Shown one piece after another: positions 50,773 through 59,706 of a DNA stretch of 64,000 nt. The translations under genes were made by a program, and so were the position numbers. The stretch lies in the IMG/VR virus record IMGVR_UViG_2882504083_000001, positions 1 through 64,000 of that record. One strand, given 5' to 3'. The number at the start of each line of letters is the position of its first letter. The first letter of the stretch is position 1. The notes beneath the pieces are model-generated. The model did not search any database and was not told where the DNA came from. It saw only the letters and a list, made by a program, of their open reading frames with translations. This DNA is from a virus. Lineage: Duplodnaviria; Caudoviricetes.

Positions 50773-52209
50773 TTAGTTTCTTGAATGCTGAAAACCGGGT
50801 TGAAGTCCAAGCCTTGCAAGTCTTTGATTTTGAATGTCGGAAAGCCTTACAGGTCGGTCCTCAATTTCTTTTTTTACGGTTTCTTTTTCCCGAGTAATAA
50901 TCGAATTCTTTCTTCCGACAATCTTTAGCGCGAAGTATCTGAGACAGTCCATAGAATGATCGTGGTCCTTGCCGGGGACTTCCTTTGCATTCTTTCCGTC
51001 TTTTGCAGGAACCCAAGAGTAAATTGAAAATTCTTCGATCGTGTGAACACAGGTTCTAAAGATTCGAAGCTTGACGCCTTGTTTCGCGTCGAGGAGTTTC
51101 ATTAGGGCTTGAATACCCGTGGAAATGTCTTTGTCCGCGGCGATTGTCGCAAGTCCGCACTCGGCCATTGTCGCGCGGTCTTCCGCATCGTGATCGGCGA
51201 CTATAAAGAGGTTTGGTTTTCGGTTTTTCTTTATCTCTTCACAGTGTGTGCGAACTGTTTTTTCGCGTTCGTAGTGTTCATCCGCCAAATACCAGGTTTC
51301 GTTTGATTTGTCGAAGTAGAGCCAAAGAAAAACAAATGGATTCGTGTAACCAAAATCCACAGCACCAGCACAGTCCCAGGTTTCAGGAATTGTGAAAGGT
51401 TCGACAATCGCCTCTTCAAATTTGGGATAAACAAGTCCCTCTACATCGATCCACTGACCAAGAAAGAGCCGTTCGCGTTCAGCACCGGTAAGCTCCTCAA
51501 GCATCTGGACGTACTCTTTCGAAAGAAAAGGATTGTCTAAAGGAGTCCATGAACGTCTCGACATCCTTTGAAGTCTTGATGCGGATAACGCGTTTCCTGT
51601 TTCGGGATCTTGTCTTAAAACAAAATACTTAAAGATCCAATGGAAGCGGTTTCTGGGGTTACAGTCTACGATCAGTTTGTTTAATAGTTCTTCACGAACA
51701 AGAGAGAGACGGGTTTTGATTTTCTGGTAAGTCGCGTACGAGATTTGAGTCGCTTCATTGATAAAGATCGTACAAAACTCAGTCCCCATGATCTTTTCCA
51801 CGCGATCGGCATCGTCAAGACCCGCGCCGTATATCTCGGAACCGTTTGTGAATGTCAGAATGTGGAGTGATTCGTTGATTGTAAAATCACGGTCCTCGAC
51901 GAATCCCATTTCTTTGAGGCAAGGAATGAGAGTCTGTTTCCATACGGAGATTTTAAGATGATTGAGTCTGTAGCGTGCAATGAGGTGACGAGAGTTCGGA
52001 GAAATCCAAGCCCTTGATATGATAGCCTTTATAATCAGATAAGTTTTGCCGCTACGCGCTCCGCCGTCGTAGCAGATTTCCTGCACATAAGGCGCAGACC
52101 AATCCTCGTCTAAGGCGCGGGGTTGTTTTTCGGAGAAGACTTGATTTCGTTGGACATTTGTTGCGTTAGTTTTCTTCGGATCGATCTTTAGAAGAGATTT
52201 CTTCGACAA
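50773..52209 (-). CDS. terL: terminase large subunit
   Basis: Walker A GGARSGKT, FINEA, DCNP, VDFGYTNPF, DHSMDCLRY. Confidence 0.95.
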   Translation of the reverse strand: MSKKSLLKIDPKKTNATNVQRNQVFSEKQPRALDEDWSAPYVQEICYDGGARSGKTYLIIKAIISRAWISPNSRHLIARYRLNHLKISVWKQTLIPCLKEMGFVEDRDFTINESLHILTFTNGSEIYGAGLDDADRVEKIMGTEFCTIFINEATQISYATYQKIKTRLSLVREELLNKLIVDCNPRNRFHWIFKYFVLRQDPETGNALSASRLQRMSRRSWTPLDNPFLSKEYVQMLEELTGAERERLFLGQWIDVEGLVYPKFEEAIVEPFTIPETWDCAGAVDFGYTNPFVFLWLYFDKSNETWYLADEHYEREKTVRTHCEEIKKNRKPNLFIVADHDAEDRATMAECGLATIAADKDISTGIQALMKLLDAKQGVKLRIFRTCVHTIEEFSIYSWVPAKDGKNAKEVPGKDHDHSMDCLRYFALKIVGRKNSIITREKETVKKEIEDRPVRLSDIQNQRLARLGLQPGFQHSRN

Positions 52210-52774
52210 CTACCCGTTTCCCGCCGATTAACTTCTCAACCGCTCCGGGACGTTCACCGACCCCCGTTACAATTTGAATGTTTACCTGGCTTCTTTCTTC
52301 CGAGTTACCGGATTCGTGCCTGATAGTATCCGGTTGTCCAAGAGATCGGAGAAGTTCTTTGATAATAGTGTTGCGGGATTTAAAAAGAAATGAAAGGTCA
52401 AGGTTGGAAACCTCTTCGTCAAGGATGCGTGATCTAAGAAAATCCATGAATTCAACCGCTTCTTCATTCAGTCTTGCGAGTGTTTGGGCTAAATCGGCTA
52501 CAATCTTACCCCTCAATTCCTTCCTTAAATTTCCTGAAATTTCCTTACGCTCGACATTCCAGTCATTTACTTGGATAAGGTTATCTAACTTCTTATACGA
52601 AACTTTGAATTTCTTACAAATTGTCTCTCGTCCAACACCCCGGAGATAATGGACTCGAATCTCTTCTTTGATTTCCTCCGAAAGAACATCGTAGCCTTTC
52701 TTTACGGAATGTGTTTTCCTCCCTCCACTACTCTTTGTTTTCTTCTTTGGGGGAGGTTTCGTTTTCTTTTTCAT
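52166..52774 (-). CDS. terS: terminase small subunit
   Basis: Overlaps terL start; HTH-like YLRGVGRETICKKFKVSY...W, then helical region. Confidence 0.7.
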   Translation of the reverse strand: MKKKTKPPPKKKTKSSGGRKTHSVKKGYDVLSEEIKEEIRVHYLRGVGRETICKKFKVSYKKLDNLIQVNDWNVERKEISGNLRKELRGKIVADLAQTLARLNEEAVEFMDFLRSRILDEEVSNLDLSFLFKSRNTIIKELLRSLGQPDTIRHESGNSEERSQVNIQIVTGVGERPGAVEKLIGGKRVVVEEISSKDRSEEN

Positions 52775-52831
52775 CGAGTGATGAGAATCTTAAAGTCCAG
52801 CGCGGTATCGTAGTAGAGGTGAATGAAAAAT

Positions 52832-53806
52832 TCAAGACGCCTTTGGAAGAACTGAATCCAAATTTCTTTTTGCTTCCGAACAGGATCTTTCGTCCAGATC
52901 GATACCCACAAATCTTCGTTTGTTTTTGAGTGCAGTTTTACCGACAGTTCCCTCTCCAGCAAACGGATCTAGAACGGTTCCTCCTTCCGGACAACCCGCG
53001 AGTACACAAATCTCAAAAAGACGTTCCGGCCCGACTGCCGTGTGTCTATTTCTTGAATTCGGGGTTGGTATCTGCCAAACCGATCGTCGTCTTGCGGTGA
53101 AATTTCCTGACTTGATTTTATTTTCTAAGATCCGGTCACGAACGGAGGTAGGAGTTTCGGCCAAGTAAGATTTATATTCTTTTAGTGGGAATGTTTCCTC
53201 TTTTAAATGTTCGCAAGCTGTGGTTTCCTTTATTTTTAAAAAGCTGTGAATTTGATCGTGATGGATTTGAGAGATCGGAACCGAAACACTTTCAGCGTTA
53301 AAATAGTAAAGATCCATATCACGAACAAAGAACAAAACGTATTCGTGTGAGTTTGTGAATCTTCTCTTCGCCGATTCCGGCTTACACGATCCAACGTTAC
53401 CGGAGTCCGTTGAAATAGATTTCGCCCAGACGATTTCCTGAACAAAGTGGTATCCCTCTTCTTTCATAAAGTCAACGAACCCGGAAGGGATTCGGATCGC
53501 TTGTCCGTGTTGGAAGGTATCACCGATGTTTACGAACACCGTCGCGGAATCTTTTAAGTGTTTCGCGGCCTCCCTGAATACCAATGCGAGGTGAGAAAAA
53601 TACTGTTTTGTTTTTCTCTCTCGCCCTATCTCAAGTCCTACTGACGGATGAGTTACATCTAAGTATTTTCGTTTTTGGAAATACGGCGGCGAGGTCACGA
53701 GGCAATCGAACTTCGGATAGATCAGATTTTTTTCTCTGTAGTCCTTTAGAACCGTATCAGCGGAACCGCAAATAATTTCAAAACTCAAGCGATTCTCTCC
53801 TGACAA
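52832..53806 (-). CDS. beta-class N4-C/N6-A DNA methyltransferase
   Basis: VTSPPY precedes VLDPFAGEGT; TNSHEY, RRSVW. Confidence 0.92.
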   Translation of the reverse strand: MSGENRLSFEIICGSADTVLKDYREKNLIYPKFDCLVTSPPYFQKRKYLDVTHPSVGLEIGRERKTKQYFSHLALVFREAAKHLKDSATVFVNIGDTFQHGQAIRIPSGFVDFMKEEGYHFVQEIVWAKSISTDSGNVGSCKPESAKRRFTNSHEYVLFFVRDMDLYYFNAESVSVPISQIHHDQIHSFLKIKETTACEHLKEETFPLKEYKSYLAETPTSVRDRILENKIKSGNFTARRRSVWQIPTPNSRNRHTAVGPERLFEICVLAGCPEGGTVLDPFAGEGTVGKTALKNKRRFVGIDLDERSCSEAKRNLDSVLPKAS

Positions 53807-54702
53807 AAAAGAGCGATCTGTTCAAACAGTGCTTCCGAACACTCCCATTTCCCGCCTTCAAGTTCCGCGAAATAGCTTTGCGAGTAACCGAGTCCTTGAG
53901 CGAGCTGGAACTGAGTTAGTCCCGCCTCTTTTCGTAACGCCTTTATTCGAGAGGCCGTCTCTTCGTTTTCGGATTTAAAGTTTTTGTCAAAGTATTTGGA
54001 ACGGGCCGCCTTCGCGCACTCGCAAACCACTTCTTTAAACGCTCCGCGCCATTCATAATTCAAGTTCTTACCGTGGACTTTTAGAAGGAATTTTCCGTTT
54101 CCTTGATCCGCTAAGTTTATCCGAAGATTTCGAATCTTTTTCTTAGCCCAAAGTTCGTGCAGGATTTCAATCGAATCCTCTTTGTTTGAACCCTTTCTGA
54201 TTTTCTTTAGATCGCCTTTCAGTGTAGAGACAAGGATTCCCGTTTTCTTACTGATTTCATTGAGTTTTTCTAGGAAAATTTTTGTTCCGGTAAAAAACTC
54301 CGGACAAAACTCGCGATACGTTAAGAGCCTGTCTTTAAAATGATACTGACCTTTTCCGTAATTTTTTTCGGCAATATAGGAAACTGGATCATCAGGGGAA
54401 ACGATATACGCATCGATAGCCACCCATCCTAGGAGTTTGACCGCTTTGATTCTATGCTCGCCGGAGAGACAAAGATACAGATCTGAATCGGGGATCTTTT
54501 GAAGTGATATTGGTTCGTGTAATCCGTTTCGTTTTATATTCTCCGCTAATCGCCGGATGAACTCTTCCGTTTTAGGACGGAATATTTTTTCATTCTTTGG
54601 ATGAAATTGAATCTTCTCCAAAAGAACCTTTACACGTTCGAGTTTTATCTCGTCTTGATTGGTTACTGACTCTATTACGTTACTGGAATTTGTTTCAAAC
54701 AC
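53785..54702 (-). CDS. ParB N-terminal-like domain fused to C-terminal XRE HTH
   Basis: HPKNEKIF, NGLHEPI, LSGEHRIKA; C-terminal LRKEAGLTQFQLAQGLGYSQSYFAELEGG. Confidence 0.85.
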   Translation of the reverse strand: MFETNSSNVIESVTNQDEIKLERVKVLLEKIQFHPKNEKIFRPKTEEFIRRLAENIKRNGLHEPISLQKIPDSDLYLCLSGEHRIKAVKLLGWVAIDAYIVSPDDPVSYIAEKNYGKGQYHFKDRLLTYREFCPEFFTGTKIFLEKLNEISKKTGILVSTLKGDLKKIRKGSNKEDSIEILHELWAKKKIRNLRINLADQGNGKFLLKVHGKNLNYEWRGAFKEVVCECAKAARSKYFDKNFKSENEETASRIKALRKEAGLTQFQLAQGLGYSQSYFAELEGGKWECSEALFEQIALFCQERIA

Positions 54703-54812
54703 ATCTCACGAATATTTATTTTTACCGAGAGAGTCCTTTAATTTGGCTTTGTGATTAGGAAAAAGTTAAGGGATGGAATTTTGTGCGGTCCTTAATTTTT
54801 GTTACATTCAAT

Positions 54813-55760
54813 TCACATAAGGTTTTCCGATTTTAGTTTCAATAGAGCTCTCCATGCAAGACATACCACTGCCGGTACTTGTCCGTTTCCAATTGCTCGG
54901 AGCTGGTCCAACCGAGCGGCCATCCCATTAACCACTCGACCCACCGGGGGTTCAACTGCCCACCATTCACCTCGCTGTATTCGGGTCGCTTGCTCGAATG
55001 AAACTTGGCTTGAAATAAATCTCCTTCCGTTATCATCGAAGTCGTTGGAGTGGGATATTTCTTCACTGCGGTTGCAAGTCCTTCTCCTGAAGTTTTGCTT
55101 ACTCCCTTTCGATTGTAATTTCCGCATACGGTAGGCGTGGGCCACAACCTTTGATCTCTTACTTGATCTTGAAGCCGTAATTGTCTTCGGTGTCCCGAAG
55201 GTCTTACTTTTTTTTCGACAATCAAATCCAGTTGTTCCTGATTCAACGCTCCTCCGGTGCCCGTATCGGGTGTACGCCAGTATCCAGATTCGTTTTCGGA
55301 TATGCGGAGCCCCAACGTTATCAGCTCCCAACACTCCCCAGATTGCATCAAACCCCATCGAGGCCAAGTTTCCAAGAACTCGATCGATTCCACGCCTGGT
55401 AAGCAATGGGGAATTTTCCACGAAAGCGTAGCGTGGTCGAACTTCGCAAATGATTCGGAACATTTCTTTCCAAAGACCGGAACGTTCGCTGTCAATTCCT
55501 CCTCCCTTTCCGGCAATTGAAATGTCCTGGCAAGGAAAACCTCCCGCCACCACATCAATAAGTCCTTTCCAAGGTCGTCCATCAAAGGTACAAACATTAT
55601 CCCAAACGGGGAACGGTGGCAGGTGTCCTTCATTTTGTCGCTGGAGTAGTCGTCTGGCACAGTATGAGTTGAGTTCCACGGCACAGACGGTTTTCCATCC
55701 GAGCAACGCGCCGCCGAGTAAGCCTCCTCCAGCACCCGCGAAAAGTGCCAGCTCATTCAG
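54813..55760 (-). CDS. C5-cytosine DNA methyltransferase, alpha (catalytic) chain
   Basis: Motif I LFAGAGG (needs start at CTG 55760, upstream of track start), IV GGFPCQD, VI VENS, VIII HIRKRIW, X AIGNGQVP; motif IX not seen. Confidence 0.88.
   Translation of the reverse strand: MNELALFAGAGGGLLGGALLGWKTVCAVELNSYCARRLLQRQNEGHLPPFPVWDNVCTFDGRPWKGLIDVVAGGFPCQDISIAGKGGGIDSERSGLWKEMFRIICEVRPRYAFVENSPLLTRRGIDRVLGNLASMGFDAIWGVLGADNVGAPHIRKRIWILAYTRYGHRRSVESGTTGFDCRKKSKTFGTPKTITASRSSKRSKVVAHAYRMRKLQSKGSKQNFRRRTCNRSEEISHSNDFDDNGRRFISSQVSFEQATRIQRGEWWAVEPPVGRVVNGMAARLDQLRAIGNGQVPAVVCLAWRALLKLKSENLM
54839..55756 (-). CDS. overlapping alternative-frame ORF, putative beta chain of the C5-MTase
   Basis: 305 codons open inside the MTase gene; WRTP/WPTP/YPTP repeats and LNPRWVEWLMGWPLGWT (motif IX-like). 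Confidence 0.75.
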   Translation of the reverse strand: MSWHFSRVLEEAYSAARCSDGKPSVPWNSTHTVPDDYSSDKMKDTCHRSPFGIMFVPLMDDLGKDLLMWWREVFLARTFQLPEREEELTANVPVFGKKCSESFAKFDHATLSWKIPHCLPGVESIEFLETWPRWGLMQSGECWELITLGLRISENESGYWRTPDTGTGGALNQEQLDLIVEKKVRPSGHRRQLRLQDQVRDQRLWPTPTVCGNYNRKGVSKTSGEGLATAVKKYPTPTTSMITEGDLFQAKFHSSKRPEYSEVNGGQLNPRWVEWLMGWPLGWTSSEQLETDKYRQWYVLHGELY

Positions 55761-55974
55761 AAACTTTTATCCCTTTGAAAGAAAGAATTCCTTCAGAATA
55801 CCTAACTGAAGTATCAGGCGGCACTGCCGTTCGAAGTTTGTAAGATGGGTTTAAAGAAATTTCGTTTTTGAAATTTTGATTCAATACCGTGAAGAGTATT
55901 TAACTTCTTCGAATCGGTTAAAAAAGAATCCCTGGACTTTTAACATTTTCACATATAGAATCCAGGGATGTTCA

Positions 55975-56322
55975 CTATGCGACTTTTAAGAGAATTCCAT
56001 TTCTCCAAATTTTGGTTTTAGAGGGTCTGTTCTTTCGTGTGATCGAGTAAACGTATTTTTGAACGGAATACTCAATGCCAAGGGGCGCCAGCCTTTGAAG
56101 TTTCTCAGCTTCCAAAATAGCTACCTTGTCGCCGTCCTCTCCTATAAAGCACTGACCCGTTGAACCCCAAAGCCTTCTTTGGCCGGATTCTGGTTTAAAG
56201 TGCTTGTAAATATGAAACTCGATTCTTTCTTTATCCAACATTCTATTGTCCTCGTCTTTGTTACGCTGCGTCACCGCAAAGAATCTTCTGGCTTCTTCGC
56301 AAGTCCATGATTCGAAGCGCAT
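55975..56322 (-). CDS. hypothetical phage early protein
   Basis: 115-aa ORF coupled in early operon. Confidence 0.55.
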   Translation of the reverse strand: MRFESWTCEEARRFFAVTQRNKDEDNRMLDKERIEFHIYKHFKPESGQRRLWGSTGQCFIGEDGDKVAILEAEKLQRLAPLGIEYSVQKYVYSITRKNRPSKTKIWRNGILLKVA

Positions 56323-56539
56323 CCCTGTGGCTTAATTCCAAAAGCATTCCGTCCGCATCTTGAACAAAATAGTTCCCGTCAAAGGGCTTTGGAGCTTTTG
56401 AGAATTTCGGTTCTACAAAGCGATTCAATATCTTTCTTAAATTGGTCACTTTGTTTCTTAATTCTTCGATTTCTTTTTCTGAGATCTGGTTCATGCTGTT
56501 TTTTCCTCTGCATTTGCTGTGTAGGCATACAATTCGCAA
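56261..56539 (-). CDS. hypothetical phage early protein
   Basis: ORF; probable start at MNQISEKE (ATG 56494). Confidence 0.5.
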   Translation of the reverse strand: MRIVCLHSKCRGKNSMNQISEKEIEELRNKVTNLRKILNRFVEPKFSKAPKPFDGNYFVQDADGMLLELSHRDALRIMDLRRSQKILCGDAA

Positions 56540-57804
56540 GCTTTGACTCCTTTAGCAGTTCGAAACTGCGGTGGAGCAACTTCTGCGAAATATTTGTTGT
56601 ACATCAGTTGTTTTGATTCTTCGTAGAGGGAAGGATTTCTATTGTCTCTGTAATATTCGAAAGAGGTGAATGGCAACAATTCGATCGCCCACTTGAGAAA
56701 ACACTCATGAGGTGAATTCGGTACTGCTTCTATATTTTTTACTTCGTTTTTTTTGTTTTGGAACTCTTGCTTTTGGGGTGGTTTCGTTACGTACTCCTTT
56801 TTCTTTTTTTGATAGTTCGCTTTTGGTTTTTCGTATTTTACTTCTTCAACTTTTATCAACCGAGACCAAAATTTTAGGACTGTCTCGGGACTCACACATT
56901 GTCTTCTCCAAAAAAGTTCATATCCCTTTCGATATTCGATCAGGACTTCAATCTTTTCTTGTACCAATTCCCAAGATCCTTCTGTCATTTGGAATAGAGT
57001 CTCAAGACTATTCTTCTCGATCGGGGATTCCCCGAGGATGCTCTTGTGATTTTCGAAATAGATTTTTTTGAAGTTCTCAAGCCAAGTTTCAGGGTAACAT
57101 TCTGTTTGCTGTTTTTCCGAATCGCGAAGATCCGTTTTGTGCGGATTGTCTCCCCTACTCTCTCTAGAAGTTTGAATTTGTTTCTTTTTTTCTTCGTTTG
57201 AAAGTACTTCGTGATTCAGTATTTCTTTCTTAGTATTTAGTAGGTTGCGGCTTACCGAGTTCGGATCTTCCGAAACCGGATTCACCGGGACCGGAAAATC
57301 CAGGTTTTTTAAAATTTCCTGTGCGGGTTCGGAGTTCTCTTTTGTATCTTCAAAAAGTAAAAGATTTTTCGTATCTTGCTTTTTCTTTTTCGTACTTCTG
57401 ACGAACGGCGATTTCTCTTCCGGCTTTTTAGAAACCTCAGAAAAGCACCAATACTGTGACAAATGCCCCGTTTTCGGGTTTCTGATCCGAACGAGTTCCG
57501 CGTATCCGAAGTGAGCTAACTCTTTTAATCCAGAGAGAACCGCACTTTCTTCGTCTGAAGAATAGACACAAAGTTGTCTCGCACGAAATTTCCAATCATC
57601 AGGCATTCCAAGGATGATAAGGAACAGTCCTTTCGTCTTGTTACTAAGTCTTTGATCTCTGCTAAAGGAATTACTTGTTACGGTGAAGTTTGTAGTATGC
57701 GCGACTCGTTCGATAGTTTTAACGGACATCTTCTTAATCCCTAAACATGTTTTGAGCCATGAATTTATACGTTCGATTCGGAATATCGCGACCTTGAATT
57801 CCAT
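56491..57804 (-). CDS. phage replication initiator/replisome-organiser-like protein
   Basis: NFTVTSN....DQRLSNKTKGL...PDDWKF...D.ESAV.SGLKEL..FGY wHTH N-terminus. Confidence 0.75.
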   Translation of the reverse strand: MEFKVAIFRIERINSWLKTCLGIKKMSVKTIERVAHTTNFTVTSNSFSRDQRLSNKTKGLFLIILGMPDDWKFRARQLCVYSSDEESAVLSGLKELAHFGYAELVRIRNPKTGHLSQYWCFSEVSKKPEEKSPFVRSTKKKKQDTKNLLLFEDTKENSEPAQEILKNLDFPVPVNPVSEDPNSVSRNLLNTKKEILNHEVLSNEEKKKQIQTSRESRGDNPHKTDLRDSEKQQTECYPETWLENFKKIYFENHKSILGESPIEKNSLETLFQMTEGSWELVQEKIEVLIEYRKGYELFWRRQCVSPETVLKFWSRLIKVEEVKYEKPKANYQKKKKEYVTKPPQKQEFQNKKNEVKNIEAVPNSPHECFLKWAIELLPFTSFEYYRDNRNPSLYEESKQLMYNKYFAEVAPPQFRTAKGVKACELYAYTANAEEKTA

Positions 57805-58072
57805 GACCCGACATGTGACGAATGAACTTCAACACCGAACTAATTTCTTCGAGCTTGTCCGTAAAAAAGAAACACTGGTCGTATTTATCCTGAAATTCCA
57901 AATGGTCTTCACGTATTCTGATTTTTATCTGCGGTATGTCTCTTGACTCGAACTGAAAGTAATTATTATTCTCCCAACCGTGTTTGTTTAGAATCCTTTC
58001 TATTTCGTGTCTGTCCTCCTTTGCATTGATCTTTTCTCTATTTCGTTCTAATGTTGCCTGCGAATTATCCAA
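57734..58072 (-). CDS. hypothetical protein
   Basis: 112-aa ORF with AAGGA SD. Confidence 0.55.
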   Translation of the reverse strand: MDNSQATLERNREKINAKEDRHEIERILNKHGWENNNYFQFESRDIPQIKIRIREDHLEFQDKYDQCFFFTDKLEEISSVLKFIRHMSGHGIQGRDIPNRTYKFMAQNMFRD

Positions 58073-58252
58073 CTGAGTTTATTCCTTCGTTTTACTTCTC
58101 TAAATACGCTTGGTTTATTTCTTTTAAAATTTCCGCTTTCGACTGCTTACGGAAATATGGCCCGAATTTGATTATCAGAAAGCCGACAATTCCGAAAATT
58201 AGTGCTGAGTAATAAAAAATGTTCATTTTTCTCTAAGGTTCCTTTTTCCAAT

Positions 58253-58453
58253 TTACGCAGTTTTTGAAAGTTCACGGAATTTTACGTGACCGATATATCG
58301 AAGGTGTTGGTCGATAACCCACCCGGCGCAAATCGGACGGGAGAAACGGGAGTAAACGACCTCGTTCGTGAACCGATTGTACACTTCAAACAAGGGTTCT
58401 CCGTCCGGTCTTTCTCCGGCGGGCTGAATTCTATAAATTTCAAGCGGGTCCAT
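58253..58453 (-). CDS. small hypothetical protein
   Basis: 66-aa ORF in early leftward operon. Confidence 0.5.
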   Translation of the reverse strand: MDPLEIYRIQPAGERPDGEPLFEVYNRFTNEVVYSRFSRPICAGWVIDQHLRYIGHVKFRELSKTA

Positions 58454-58830
58454 CTTATACGACCCTTGGGATATAACGGGGAGTTTTCGAAATTAGTTTG
58501 AATAACCTTGAATTGTTAATTGAGAAGTTTTCGTATATTAGAATTTTTATATGTTGCGCGAGTGGCATTTCGCTGTAGTATCGCAAGAAATGGAGTTTCG
58601 AAAATGTCATTCGTACGAATTTTGAATTCATACCCACAACGAAAGCCTGACTCACATTTGGTTGCGCCGGAGTCGTTTTATGAAAAATATTCACGATCAA
58701 TATCCTATTTGGGAATATTTCTTGATTTCCCGAACTTTCCTGTAATTGACACAGGAAAAAACTATATTTACCGTATTTTATATTATATATAATTTGTATA
58801 GACTTTATTTTGTATTATCTATAAAACGTA

Positions 58831-59265
58831 ATGGACCGCATGAATTTAAAACTCGACCCTAATGTAGATTACTCTGATTCAAAAAATCGATATTTGTTTA
58901 TTGAGGAGGTTCTTGGATTCGATGAAGATGCAATGACTATCCTTCTAGGCAAAATTAGTAAGCCCACTTACCATTCATACAAATACGGCAAAACTCTTAT
59001 GCCTGTAGTTCGAGTCGAGATTCTAAAAAAAGAAGGCTTCAACGACAGATGGGTGAACCACAATGAAGGCGAACCATTCATTAAGGCAGGTAAAAATATA
59101 ATAGAAATGAAAAGAGACACGAACTTCATTAAGATGCTCGAAGCCGAGAATCTAAAGGATGTTCTAACTCAGTTCTTGGACTCAAACCCTTCCTCAGATC
59201 GGATAAATTGGCTTCGGACTGCAATTGAATTTGCGGCTCAAAATTCGAATAAAAATAATCCGTAA
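58831..59265 (+). CDS. CI-like HTH repressor candidate
   Basis: Divergent from early operon; HTH-like AMTILLGKISKPTYHSYKYG and the W..GEG-type segment RWVNHNEGEPF. Confidence 0.6.
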   Translation: MDRMNLKLDPNVDYSDSKNRYLFIEEVLGFDEDAMTILLGKISKPTYHSYKYGKTLMPVVRVEILKKEGFNDRWVNHNEGEPFIKAGKNIIEMKRDTNFIKMLEAENLKDVLTQFLDSNPSSDRINWLRTAIEFAAQNSNKNNP

Positions 59266-59383
59266 TATCCCTCGAAACTTGTTTCGCAACCGCCTCCAAG
59301 TCCAACTCCCCTCTTTTCGCCTCCTCGAAAATTTTATCGATCATTGCAAACACCGCCTGATCGCACTCTACTCTTGATTTCAT
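59129..59383 (-). CDS. small protein convergent with and overlapping the repressor
   Basis: Strong SD (GAGTAGGGG) before ATG 59383. Confidence 0.45.
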   Translation of the reverse strand: MKSRVECDQAVFAMIDKIFEEAKRGELDLEAVAKQVSRDITDYFYSNFEPQIQLQSEANLSDLRKGLSPRTELEHPLDSRLRAS

Positions 59384-59598
59384 AAGATCCCCTACTCTAC
59401 TACGACCGAATAAATTATTTCTTTTAGCAGGGTCAAGAAAGCTGAAAGAGACAGATAGTTCAGGATATAATTTGAAAGCTAAACAAAATGATTTTTTTTA
59501 TATTTCCCAGTAATTCCCATAGGAAAATAGACTAAAACACCATCCCGGTTTATGTAAGTTCCTCAAAAAAACTGAGGCTTTGAAATATATTATTAAAG

Positions 59599-59636
59599 AA
59601 TTTTCAAATGGGAACGCTCATTCCCATTTGAAAATT
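59599..59636. repeat. palindrome AATTTTCAAATGGGAA-N6-TTCCCATTTGAAAATT, candidate parS 1
   Basis: 16-bp perfect arms upstream of parA; core repeated at 61099. Confidence 0.75.
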
Positions 59637-59706
59637 TCAAAAAATATACCTGACATAATTTTTTACGCTTTCGCAAAAATTCTAAGATTTCTATTCTTTT
59701 AAAATC

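Noticed and set aside
22965-50779. ACTAACC as a -35 partner of CCGATT
   Set aside because: Spacing to the motif varies (3-17 nt from TAACC) and in three cases it is just the AAC-TAA end of the upstream gene
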